A DNA stretch of 55,792 nucleotides, counting the filler, from Asterionella formosa (Eukaryota): NCBI GenBank assembly GCA_002256025.1. It is 4 parts of 4 records of this genome, joined end to end, with 100 filler letters (N's around TTAATTAATTAA, not from the genome) between each part and the next. Parts side by side here need not be neighbours in the genome. Positions count along the whole stretch, not along the records: positions 27,957 to 41,826 come from NKIB01006368.1; positions 41,927 to 55,792 come from NKIB01006369.1; 2 more parts are not named here. One strand, written 5' to 3'. The notes under the pieces are model-generated. The model saw only the letters and a list, made by a program, of their open reading frames with translations, was not told the DNA's origin and searched no databases. This document shows, piece by piece, positions 31,448-42,422 of this stretch (the stretch's first letter is position 1; each line of letters opens with the position of its first letter). The translations under genes and the position numbers were made by a program.

Positions 31448-34400
31448 CTAGTCGAATCGTTCCACTTCTCCTCTTCTTCGAATCTCGCTTTCCAGATTGG
31501 GATTATTTTCGATGTCTCTGCCGGCTTTGAGTCTCTTTTGGGTCTGATTGCGAGCTTCCATCATCTTTTCTTTCTGCCTTGCCGCCCATTCATCGGCGTC
31601 CCTGGCCATGATATCGATTCGCTCAGGAGGTAATATATCATGGACATCAAGGCGAAGCTGTAATAGTTTGTTCGTCATCTCTCCAATATCAGCAGGGTCG
31701 AAATCTCCACGGACTGCATCCCCGAGAGAACTAGCGATGTTGTCAACCACTTGCACAAATGGTCGCACATCCATTGTCGGCAAGTTGTCAACAAACTTTT
31801 CTAAGAGAATCCTTCGTTGAGCTCTCGTGTTCATTCTCAAGACATACCAGATGTGATCCACGTAGCGACTTATGCCTTTACTGATCTCATTGTAAACACC
31901 TTGCTGAACAATCTGTAGAACAAATAGCCACTGATTGTGGTCGGGGTCATCCAAGAGACCTGCTCGAGCCAAACGACCCTTTTCCTCTGCAACAGCATAC
32001 TTCAGGTAGGCAACAAAGACATCGTCAAACATGGGTCGCAAGTCACGAACCACGTCACTCAAGGCAATGGCTGTGTCTTCTTCGGTCACATGAGATGGAT
32101 CCATGGCAACTTTGCAAATAGATCGAACCAACTCAAGTTGCTGAGCTTCCAGTTCGGCACCAAGCGCTTTGGTTTCTTTGACAAGGAGCTGTGTAAAGGT
32201 AACCAGCTGCCCAAGAATTTCTCGCTCTCGCCTGTGATCATCTTCCAACATTGCTGTCGTGCCCCTTGATCGTGCTTCCATATCTCGGTCGGCCATTTGA
32301 GTAAGTCTTTCCTTTATAAGGTTGACAAAGTTCTCTGACAAGAGAAGGTCCTTGTAATTCTCAGCGATCTCTTTAAATCGTTCATCTGGTTGATTCCAGA
32401 GCTCGTCCAGGATCATTTGAAGTCTCGAGCGTTCGGCCAAGTATTCCAAGGGGTCATCAATAATGCCAATCTTCACACCTTCATCCACAACTTTCCGGAG
32501 GTTCTTGACCTGTTCCTGAGACAACTCTCGACTACCAACAAAATAACGAATCGATTTCCTCCCAATTTCATCCACGGATTCATCTTCACGCATTTTGAGC
32601 ATGACATCAGCAGCAAACTTTGCTTGTTTCAATGCCTCATCGAGCTCCTTTGGTAGTCTCACGTTTTTCGTGCCAGGTAGAGCCCCGGGCCAATTAACAG
32701 CGGTTTCTGGGTCCACGTTTGGACTGTAGACCTCCGGGCCAGACATGACGTCAAACAAAGGATTCTTCCTTGGCCCATCAAACTCTTCGCCTGGAGACTT
32801 ATTAATGCGGACCTCCAACTCTGTCAGTTCATCGTCCAAAGATCGGGCATACCCTGACACTGTCCTCTCAGATGCAATGAGTTCATCAACCCTTTCATTC
32901 TCTGACCTTGTCAGTTCCACCTCTCGTTCCGCCTTCAACTGAATGCGTTGATCAGCTAGACGCTCACCAGCCTCAAAGAGATCCTTCAGTTCATCCTCAA
33001 TAGATTTCTCGTCTGGATCCGTAATATCTAGCTTAATTCCAATATCTCCAGAGTTGGAAAGTTCCTTGAAGCGTAGACGCTCTTCTCGTTGGCGTTTCTG
33101 CTCTTGCAAAATTGTCTTTGCCTTTTCGAATGCCCCGGTCGCAAAACCTGTACCGACGGCTTCTTCTTTTTCCTTTTCCTCGCCGAACTGCATCACGTTC
33201 CGTAACATTTCTTCTGCAGACATATCATCTGCTTCGGCGGCGATCTCATCCATTACCTGCCGAGCAGTCTCTGCAATTTCAAGTTCAAGACCTTTCTTTG
33301 AGGGTAACTTAGCCGTTGAAAGCTTTTCGTTTTCTTGCAACTCATTAGAATTTTTGGATGGCAGTTCGTCATCCATCTGGATTTCTTCGTTTATGTTATT
33401 TTCGGTCATAACTTTCAAGTTCAATTTGCGCTGTGTTGGAGGTTTGCCATCTGCTGTTGCCCTGGAAATTGGAGTTTCATCATCTGATGAAATCTCTGTA
33501 GGCTTATTGGAAGTTTTTTCTAGTGTCTTTTCGGTAGTCATCTTTTGTTTCTTAGCTTTTTGCACGTACGCATCAGGCGTTGAAATGACTTGTGAGAAGC
33601 GTCGTGAATTAGTATCTTGTGGTGTTGATACGGCAGGAACGTCATTTGTGGGATTCGTGATGGAAATTTTCGTTTTAGACTTTGTCTCGCCCTTGATTTT
33701 TGTACTCTCCTGTACAGCTGGGGTTTCGGACGTTCCTTTTGCAAACTTTTGCGCAGCAACAATTCGCTTGGCAGCTTCGACCGCAAAATCTCCATCAATA
33801 TTCTCTGTTGCATTTATTCTTGTTTGCTCTTCCTTTATGCTACGTTTTTTAGCAGCATTCCTTGCTGCTTGTACAGCATAGTCATCTTGTCCGAAACTAC
33901 TAGTAGCCATTTTTGAAGGGATTTGGGAGGGCGCTGGCTCATCTTCAATGGCAGTTGTATCGATAACCATTTCTTGAATTTTCGCCACTGGCTCAGGTGA
34001 GTCCTCCATTACTAGCTCTGCTTCAATACATTCCTCCAAGGTACTTATTCTCTTTTGTGGTTCTTCTGTTGACGACGAAAACTTGATTCGACCAGCTTCA
34101 AAGTCTTCCAAGCCCCGGTCAAGTGCTTTAACAATCTTCTTCTCCGAATCAGCAAAGAGAGATTGCATCATTGGTACAGACGAAGAAGTAGTCTGACATG
34201 AATGCTTGCTCACAACTACCATGGCCAAACTAGGAAATCTATCTTCCTGTCCCTTGTATATTCCTAAAACTTCCACATCCAGCTGGGTTTCTTCCCTTGA
34301 CGTCGAAATTGGTGAGTCCCATGCAACGACCGACTTTTCGTTTGATGATGAAAGCTGAATAGGAGTGTATACCATAGGAAGGTTGGATGGTATCTCGAAA

Positions 34401-34687
34401 TGATCTTGAAGATACTCCACCAATTGTCCTAGAAAAAACGATGGGGATCCATCTTTAGGAGGTCGAACAATCTTTTCATACAGAACTTGATTCTTGGACG
34501 AAGTCGATGATGACGATGACGACATGGACAAAGTAGTGAAGGTTCCCTGTATTTCATCGAACGTTCCAGGCTTCAAAAATAGAGGTCTAGGCAGGAATGC
34601 AACAACAACGGCGCACGGAACAATCGTCAAAATTGTCATAAAGAACATGGACCTCGTTTTTGATCGGACGCGTATCCTCGACATCAT
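31448..34687 (-). CDS. Large plastid-targeted hypothetical protein
   Basis: 1079-aa intronless ORF. Hydrophobic signal ending VVVA|FLPRP, then a Ser-rich transit peptide, an E/K/S/T-rich middle and a helical C-terminal ~450 aa. Confidence 0.75.
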   Translation of the reverse strand: MMSRIRVRSKTRSMFFMTILTIVPCAVVVAFLPRPLFLKPGTFDEIQGTFTTLSMSSSSSSTSSKNQVLYEKIVRPPKDGSPSFFLGQLVEYLQDHFEIPSNLPMVYTPIQLSSSNEKSVVAWDSPISTSREETQLDVEVLGIYKGQEDRFPSLAMVVVSKHSCQTTSSSVPMMQSLFADSEKKIVKALDRGLEDFEAGRIKFSSSTEEPQKRISTLEECIEAELVMEDSPEPVAKIQEMVIDTTAIEDEPAPSQIPSKMATSSFGQDDYAVQAARNAAKKRSIKEEQTRINATENIDGDFAVEAAKRIVAAQKFAKGTSETPAVQESTKIKGETKSKTKISITNPTNDVPAVSTPQDTNSRRFSQVISTPDAYVQKAKKQKMTTEKTLEKTSNKPTEISSDDETPISRATADGKPPTQRKLNLKVMTENNINEEIQMDDELPSKNSNELQENEKLSTAKLPSKKGLELEIAETARQVMDEIAAEADDMSAEEMLRNVMQFGEEKEKEEAVGTGFATGAFEKAKTILQEQKRQREERLRFKELSNSGDIGIKLDITDPDEKSIEDELKDLFEAGERLADQRIQLKAEREVELTRSENERVDELIASERTVSGYARSLDDELTELEVRINKSPGEEFDGPRKNPLFDVMSGPEVYSPNVDPETAVNWPGALPGTKNVRLPKELDEALKQAKFAADVMLKMREDESVDEIGRKSIRYFVGSRELSQEQVKNLRKVVDEGVKIGIIDDPLEYLAERSRLQMILDELWNQPDERFKEIAENYKDLLLSENFVNLIKERLTQMADRDMEARSRGTTAMLEDDHRREREILGQLVTFTQLLVKETKALGAELEAQQLELVRSICKVAMDPSHVTEEDTAIALSDVVRDLRPMFDDVFVAYLKYAVAEEKGRLARAGLLDDPDHNQWLFVLQIVQQGVYNEISKGISRYVDHIWYVLRMNTRAQRRILLEKFVDNLPTMDVRPFVQVVDNIASSLGDAVRGDFDPADIGEMTNKLLQLRLDVHDILPPERIDIMARDADEWAARQKEKMMEARNQTQKRLKAGRDIENNPNLESEIRRRGEVERFD

Positions 34688-34865
34688 TTTGATTCTTTTC
34701 TACTCTCTCGTTTCCTCTATCTAATAACGCGTGAAGGTAGGTTATCAACTAATAGGAGGTACAGTGTATATCAGGGCAGTATAGACCGAAGGATTTGACG
34801 AGTTAATTTAGCAAAAGGGGAGTGATGTTGATGAACAACAAATGCATCGGAAGAATGTGACAGTG

Positions 34866-34887
34866 CCATACCATACCATACCATACC
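34866..34887. repeat. (CCATA)n microsatellite
   Basis: CCATACCATACCATACCATACC. Confidence 0.7.
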
Positions 34888-35846
34888 AAAGCATCCGACC
34901 TTTTATTATTATAGAGAATCAGATTTTAATTTTTATTCTTAAACTCCAGTATTATTCATACATACAGTTTCAGGACTTTTTATTTATATTCATAAAAAAT
35001 CACTCTAATGTTACGACACAAGCGAGTTATTTATGAGATGTCCTGAAGCATCCTCATCCATTTTTATAGGAGTGTACCTGGCTGGTACTGTCATCTATCG
35101 TTGGTGTCATATATACTGGTATACCTGTAAATGTAAACTTGGAACGCCTCCTTTTCCTCTACATGTATTTTGGTTGGTCCTGGGTGAAGCAAGCGAATGG
35201 AACAAATATACTAACTGGGCGGAGTCGTACATGCCACGCGATAAATAAATGAAGCAAGGCAGAAGGAGGCTCGCTGTCTATGCCTGCTGTTCGCTTGGCT
35301 GCAGTCAATCACATGGCGATGGCGGCATTCCTCTGGCAAAGCCCTAGTACATTGTTGTGCATTTTATTTTCACATGCAACCTTCTTTGCCATACTAGTCA
35401 AACCTTTGTTTTTCCTGGGGTGTTTAAGCCTGTTTTTCCTATAGGTTAAACTTCTTCGAGTTTCACCAAAATTTTAGGTGAGCCATTCAACAAATGCCTA
35501 TAGTACTTTATGTTACTCCTTGCTTATTTTGGAAAAATTGGCCACAAAGTACCCCTCGAGCACAATAAACCAAGACAAAACCACTAGCAATGCTAAATCA
35601 ATCAATTGATCAACAATGGTGGTGCATTTGATAGTGTCTGTGACCTCATAAACAGCAGGGTAAATTATAGCAAACTATAAGAATTCATTATTAGAGACTA
35701 TAACATGCATGATTTGGGGCACCTTGTCAATCTGATGGATCTTTAGTCCATTTGCTAGACAATTTGTATGCAATGGGATTCCTATTTTTGATTTCCCGGA
35801 AATCCATCTGCAAATCGCAATTTGCCACTCTTGCATTGCTACAGCT

Positions 35847-35962
35847 GTCCAGAGAACTACCAATTTGTTGCTTCCCTTGTCCCTGCTGACCTGCTGTTGA
35901 TGTAACAGTCCATAGAACTACTAATTTGTTGCTTCCCTTGTCCCTGCTGACCTGCTGTTGAT
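35847..35962. repeat. 55-bp direct repeat, 61-bp period
   Basis: GTCCA(G/T)AGAACTAC(C/T)AATTTGTTGCTTCCCTTGTCCCTGCTGACCTGCTGTTGAT at 35847 and 35908. Confidence 0.85.
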
Positions 35963-36538
35963 TGTAGCATTGCTTGAAATCTTCGTCATTTGGTTCTTTG
36001 TCTGGTTGCTGATGGCCGCCTTGAAGAATGTTTCCTTGACTTCCAAGACACCAGTTTTTTGCGCATCATCCCATTCCTCATATCATCATTAGCGCTGCTT
36101 CCACAAGAAAGAGAAGGAATGAAAGTGCATAACTGAGTGAGATTCTGGTGCACAAAGATTGAGAGACAATATCTGGTCTGCTGCTTGTTGTCACTCAGCC
36201 ACTGCCTGTTGCTTGGAAGGTAGCTATTGCCATTGTTTGTTTGCCATGAAATCATTGAATGAGTACAATTCTCTCAACTGCAAGTGGCCACCATGCAAAC
36301 CCTACATTCAATCTGTGTGATGGTGCTATGAGACACCATCGATGCAAATGACATGACATGCTTACAAAAATGACGATGCAGGTGAGGTATGGTGGTACAA
36401 TCATATTTATGGTGTATTGTACATTGTACTAGCTTTAACAATGTTGCTCTCACAGGGAGAACAAAGTCTTCGAAGGTTTCTATGGAGGAACATATGAGTG
36501 ATGAATCTCTGAAATAATGAAATTCTTACCACAATTTG

Positions 36539-36665
36539 CAATTTTTGATTTCTTTGTCTCTTGGCGAATCTTGGCAGCATTCCAGACTTATGCTTTCTCA
36601 TCTGAAGATAGTATAAGTCTGGAATGCTGCCAAGATTTGCTGAAAGATGAAAAAGTTGAAAATTG
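36539..36665. repeat. Long inverted repeat / hairpin
   Basis: Perfect 25-bp arms AATCTTGGCAGCATTCCAGACTTAT (36567-36591) and ATAAGTCTGGAATGCTGCCAAGATT (36613-36637), extendable outward by 28 bp with transition mismatches only. Confidence 0.85.
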
Positions 36666-37103
36666 AAATGACAGCAATTGACCCCTCATTTCGCATCGCT
36701 TGATTGGCATGATGAAACTGTTTTAATTTAGCTAAGAAAAAACAAGACTAACTAGGATTCTTTTAACATTGATTTTCTATTGCCCTTTTCGTCTACAAAC
36801 TTTTGAAGCGCAAAAGGTTGCATGTGTTCTACCGGTATTCCTATTAATTAATTATTAACATGCAGGCAGAGTTCCTATATAAATGGAGGTGTGTCTATTC
36901 TATATGATGAAGTTTGTTATTTTTAAGAGAACATGATCATCTGCTCCGAGGTTTTAGTCTAGTGACCGTAAGCAAGCGATGTTGATGTCAATAGGGGAGA
37001 GAACTTCAGAGGAGTGCAGCGAAGGAAGAGCCAAGGCCACAATTCGCCATCGGTGAGGGATGCACAAGAAGTTCCAAAACGAACGAGTCGTCCTCAAAGA
37101 AAA

Positions 37104-38989
37104 ATGACGTTTCTGATTGCATTGGCGGGTGGGTTCTTGTTTGGTTATGAACGAGGTGTTATAAGTGGTGCCATGCTAAGTTTAGGACGGGAAATGGCAT
37201 TATCGGACCAACAGAAAGAGATAGTTGTTAGTTCGACGGTCGTCGCAGCCCTGATGGCGTCGTTGCTGGTTGGTGGAATATGGTCCAATGGTGGCAGGCG
37301 CACCAAAATCGCTACGGCGGCATGGACATTGACACTGGGGAGTCTACTATGTGCATTGGCTGTTAACTACTATTTTTTGGTGGTAGGAAGACTCTTGTTT
37401 GGAGCAGGAATCGGAATAGCTCAAGTTACAATCCCAATGTACCTTGCCGAAGTGGCATTGCCCGAAACACGAGGACCATTGGTCACAATTAATGCACTAT
37501 TGGTGACGATTGGCCAATGGTCGGCTGGTATGATGGACGGACTATTGGAATCTCAGGGATGGAGATGGATGTTAGGAGTGGCAGGAGTACCATCCTTGAT
37601 TATGGGGATTGGAGTGGGGATGGGTCTAGTACCAGAATCGCCACGGTGGTTAGTTGCCGTGGGTCGACACGAGGACGCTCTAGTCACTTTGAACATGCTG
37701 CGAGTGTCGCCACAACTTGCACAAGAGGAATGGAAGGATATTATTGAGTCTTCCAGAGAATCGCTTACCATCAAGCGTACCGAGAATGGAACTTTGAGGA
37801 AAGTGCAGTCGATGCTATCCAATCGTGGATGTCGACAAAACCTGTTGATTGGCTGTGGATTGATGTGGATTCAACAATTGGCTGGTATTAATGCCGTCAT
37901 GTACTATGCCGGAACTATTTATGGTGCGTGAGTTTCTTGATCGCTATCAAAACTCATTCCAAACCATCCCATTTCTTACAATGAACTATGTATATAAACA
38001 GAGATGGCTGGATACAATGAAGTCGATGCGATCTGGCTCAGTGGGTATACAGCCTTAGCACTCGTAGCGGGATTGGGTCTCAGTGTTTGTCTCGTAGAAC
38101 GAGTTGGGCGCCGGACTCTAGTGTTGACCTCTTTGGGGGCGGTTACGGTTTGCCTCATCGGTCTTGGAACGAGCTTTACTTTGGTCTGGAATACATCTTC
38201 CCTGGTTTCAAGGTCATCTCCAGCTTGCGAAATACAGCCATCTATATTTTGGAGCGGAGTGACAAAATATTGTTTTGATTGTGTCAACATTGAAGGATGT
38301 GGGTATTGTGAAACTAGTGGCGTCTGCGTCGAAGGAAACGACAATGGACCTGAGAGTCCCAATGAAATAAACGAATGTGCTTCTTCAGACCAGACGCACC
38401 CATGGATATTCAGGACGTGCACCAACTCATTCGGGCGGTTGTCAGTTGTCTTTATGGTTCTCTATTTATTCGCTTTCGGGATTGGAATGTCCGGTAAGCA
38501 GTCTACTCTTTTATCGTTCTTGATTTCATTGTGACTTGAATGGCTTTGTTGTTTCTATATTTCATCACTGTTTTGGAGTCTGAACAGCTTAATGCTAATA
38601 CAATTTCATCATGTGTAGGTCTGCCATGGACTATAAATTCTGAACTTTATCCTCAGGATTATCGGTCGTTGGCTGTTAGTCTCAGTACGACCACAAATTT
38701 GATTGGAAACTTACTCGTTACCTCCACGTTTTTATCTTTGAGCAGCCCGATGGTATTGACGGTATCTGGAGTATTTTGGGTGTATGGTCTCATTGCGTGT
38801 TTAGGATGCGCATGGCTTTACGTTTATCTTCCAGAAACGAAGGGATTGTCGTTGGAAGATATTGAAAGAAAGCTACGAATTGATGGTACTTCTACTTTGG
38901 AGAAAGGAGACATGTATATGAATAATCCAATTACCGGAATATTGGATGATTACGGTAGCTGCGAGAGTGAGGCTTTGGCGAAAGGCTAA
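37104..38989 (+). CDS. MFS sugar porter, myo-inositol transporter (INT/HMIT-like), 3 exons
   Basis: Exons 37104(ATG; ORF open from 36972)-37923, 38002-38493, 38619-38989. GGFLFGYERGVISGA, GGRR, PMYLAEVA, PESPRWL, QQLAGINAVMYY, VERVGRR, a Cys-rich PSI-like loop CFDCVNIEGCGYC...GVC, LPWTINSELYP and PETKGLSLE. Confidence 0.85.
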
Positions 38990-39242
38990 TCGGGCATGTC
39001 TGTTATCTTTGTTGGGACTGAATCAATTCTTTGTACACCTTCTTCGTCCATGTCGAATTCAATCTTTTTTGTCAATGACATTGGGTACCATATTGCTAAG
39101 CAAGTAATATTGAATATCTAGTATAGTTCCGGTGATTCCAAAACAGAAAGGTGACAATTAATACCGCAAACGAGGAAGATTTACTCCATGATGATGTTTG
39201 CTTCAATCTTTGTTGTCTCGACTACAGAACATCCCCAACAAA

Positions 39243-39651
39243 CTAATTTGGCTTTGAATCGTAATTAAATTTCGCCTGAAGCTCCTTGTCTTTCTCTGCC
39301 TTATGAATGTCTCGCTCCTTGGCACATACAACTGTATAGCCGTATACAAAGTCAACCGCGGTCCCTGCGGCACCTGCCACAAAGAGTGGCATGGCACCTT
39401 TTTTGTATTTGATTCCATACGCGCCTCCCATTAATCCTGCCGATAAGCAAAATCTGTATTGAGAGAAAAGGCTAAAACGGAGAGAAACAATGAGTTCAGG
39501 AAAGACAACATCGGGATATCTACAATGAATAAAACCCACGACTATACTGTACCCTCAAAAGAGGCATACCAGTAGTCTAGTCTTGTGCCCCTTACCAAGC
39601 GGAGAGTGCTTCTGCTGATTGTTTTGATGCTTCTATCTTTTCATCAGGCAT
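39243..39651 (-). CDS. Small membrane protein (~94 aa), splice model uncertain
   Basis: Model with exons 39651-39596, 39541-39524 and 39453-39243 gives MPDEKIEASKQSAEALSACRGFYSLFCLSAGLMGGAYGIKYKKGAMPLFVAGAAGTAVDFVYGYTVVCAKE..., with two Gly-rich hydrophobic helices. Confidence 0.5.
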
Positions 39652-39860
39652 CCTTCTCTTCCCTACAGCCTTGTTCTATCAATCGATCAATCAGCAGAAA
39701 GGATTTCTTGTTGAATTGGCTGCAGCATTTACTGTAGTTAATTTTTACTTACCGGTAGTCGATTGCGAGACGACCAATTCGAACCAACTGTACTACAGGT
39801 GCACGAACATACTTCTGTAAGTCGACCGAATGTGAGGAGTCGTGATCGAGCGTTGCTGGA

Positions 39861-41712
39861 GCAATTCCCGCTCCAGCTCTCGTCTTGCCATTCGGATACT
39901 TCTAAGTAATTTTTGGGCTCTAAGTAATTTCTTAAGTAATTTTTATTTAAGGGCAATATGGGGCACATCGAATTATTCGGCAATATAATCGCCGATTTTA
40001 GCATGACAACCAGAATATCGGTAATATGCATAGAGACAGTACAACAAGCGTAAAACACACGAGAATGATTGCAACATGCAACATCAATGAAAATTGAACA
40101 TGATGTTTGGAGCAACCAAAGTATGAAATGCGATGTAATAAGTAGCATCAAATGAGAAATAGAAAAAATTGTTTTGTGTTAGAAATGAAATAAAAAATAA
40201 GAGTTCCAATGTAGACGTATGCATTGTGAATCATTGTAGTACTTACACACCACCAGCAGGCAACATTGACTTTCCATCACCACACAATCGAAGACCGAAA
40301 GAAGAAGAAAAAAAGCTGAATCCAATGTAGACCTGCATCGTTATGTAGTGTAAATGGTCTGGTTTCTGCAACCATGCGCATCGCTGTAGTAGCCTGACAC
40401 CAGTAGCAGTATTTCCGCTACAGTCATTCCTCTCCGCCGCCCACCAAACAAGCAACCCTGATCATTCCATTCTGAGCAAGCGTGATCGCCACACTGCTCC
40501 AGCACTATTGACTCTCTCTAGCTGAGTATTCATGTAGCTTCTGATACAAACTCGTAGTAGAAATGTAGAAAAGCGCATTAGTACAAGAAAAGCATTGCTT
40601 GGCGGCAATATTGACATCATTGTCAATGACTATACAAATCAACAACGGCACAATACCACATCTTCAATGAGTAGTCATTGATAAATTCATTGGTTCTTAT
40701 GTAGATATGTATAATTGAAACAAAACGATAGTAGTGCGTAACGACAAACAACGATGGAAGCGATCAAAACAAACCACGGAAGCAATCAAATCGGAAAGTC
40801 GATAAATATGATCTACAATCCACATTCAGTGTTTCTCTGTTGTACTCACCGATCCGCTTCAAGTAGCATAACAAGCAGCAGACAATGGGATCAATGAAAG
40901 ACGAACGTTGCCTATTGCAAGCCCGAATAGAGCTAGCAAAGGCAGGCAAGATAGAGTATCCGTTCAGGCAGCATCATCAGATGCATGACCGAAGCAAAAA
41001 CTTGCCACCAACATCAGATGTATCGATATCATCGTTTGTCCGACGAAATATGGACGATGCAACTACATGAATCCCTCGAAAAGACAAGCAATCCAACAAC
41101 AAACCGCATCCTTTAGACAACGAATCGCTACTGGCTGGTGTCATCGCGTAACCGATTTCGCTTCAAATCGGTCATGATGGACGACGATTGGCATGGTGAA
41201 AGGTGAATTGCTGGAGTCCACTTTTCAGGAGACGAACAAAAATGAGGTGAATTCTAGATATAAATTATTAAAGTCTGTATAGTATATAAAATGGTTTCCT
41301 TAAGAAGACCCCTTGCCGATTTCGGCAATCCCAGGGCTAGAAAACCGAGGGGCAATTGGTGTCTGTTGTCTTGCCAAAATGCGAACATATGAAATACACA
41401 AAATATATTGTAATGATGGGCAATATTGGACCTTTGGCAATTTTCGAGGTGAAGATAGGAAATATACAAAATATTTTTATATATGATGGGCAATAGTAAG
41501 CTAAAATTGACATTTATGGCAATAGGTAAGCGAATCTCGCGACGAGAGCTAGAGCGGGCATTGCCTCAACAATACCCTTTTCGGCGGCTACTTGCTTTCT
41601 CGTACCGGCGCTGCGAGAAGGTCACCCAACGAGTGCCATCCCAGCCGAGTACCAGGTACACATGTATACTCGCAGGCAAGAGACCACCTCGGGCGTGCAT
41701 TGCCTTGAGCAC
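39861..41712 (-). mobile_element. Non-coding dispersed repeat, copy 2 (inverted relative to 7707-9980), with asymmetric inverted repeat
   Basis: Reverse complement aligns along copy 1. GCAATTCCCGCTCCAGCTCTCGTC (39861-39884) pairs with GACGAGAGCTAGAGCGGGCATTGC (41541-41564), 22/24 matches. Confidence 0.8.
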
Positions 41713-41826
41713 TTCTTGGCCTTACCGTCGTGGTATGTGCGTATGTGCTACACACTGTATATACCTGCACGAGCTGGGTCGACTGATCAGCTAAATCGAT
41801 GTCATATATAAATGGCTGTGCGTACC

Positions 41827-41926
41827 NNNNNNNNNNNNNNNNNNNNNNNNNNNNNNNNNNNNNNNNNNNNTTAATTAATTAANNNNNNNNNNNNNNNNNN
41901 NNNNNNNNNNNNNNNNNNNNNNNNNN
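41827..41926. other. Artificial contig-join spacer
   Basis: 44 N + TTAATTAATTAA + 44 N. Confidence 0.95.
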
Positions 41927-42422
41927 CCAGCTAAAAACACAAAAGGCAATTTTTTACAAGACTCCTCCACGAGGGAGTGACCACCCTCACCCTCTCGACT
42001 GCTCCTGCTCCTGCCCGCCCACACAGTTCTGGGCCAAGGAGCGCCATGAAGACAATCTTGTAGTTATATACTGTATATAAACTATATACCGGTACATATA
42101 GGTAACTAATACTAAGAATCCGGTAAAATTTTTTTTGATTCTAAATCTATATATTTACATGTCTATATGTAACATCTCTCTCCTTCAAATTTGGGTATCA
42201 CCGCTTGTGGCATCGAGAATCAAGCATAGAGCATCATACAGAGTATACAGGCGGTACAACGGTACAGCATGTTGCATCCAACAAAAGGCAATAAATAAGG
42301 TCAACCGGTGCGTAGTCAATGGCTTTATAGCAACACCAGGCAGTCTTCTCCACTTCCCAACACACAAGCCGAAAAACGTCTTGAGCAATCAAAAAAGCAT
42401 CATCTTTGCAAGCAGCAAAATA

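Larger units (their letters stand above)
35371..36826. mobile_element. 1.46-kb non-autonomous TIR DNA transposon (CAC-terminal, CMC-like)
   Basis: Left end CACATGCAACCTTCTTTGC (35371-35389). Right end GCAAAAGGTTGCATGTG (36810-36826; reverse complement CACATGCAACCTTTTGC). Flanked by TT on both sides. Interior is CpG-poor with no long ORF. Confidence 0.65.

Noticed and set aside
33054..33881. 275-aa Ser/Phe-rich plus-strand ORF and other antisense ORFs inside long genes
   Set aside because: Antisense shadows of E/K-rich coding sequence on the opposite strand.
42135..42422. N-terminal ORF extension of BTAF1 (likewise 223-270, 48765-48842, 53019-53135, 55620-55640)
   Set aside because: These begin at TTG/GTG in promoter-like DNA. 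The downstream ATG is the more plausible eukaryotic start.
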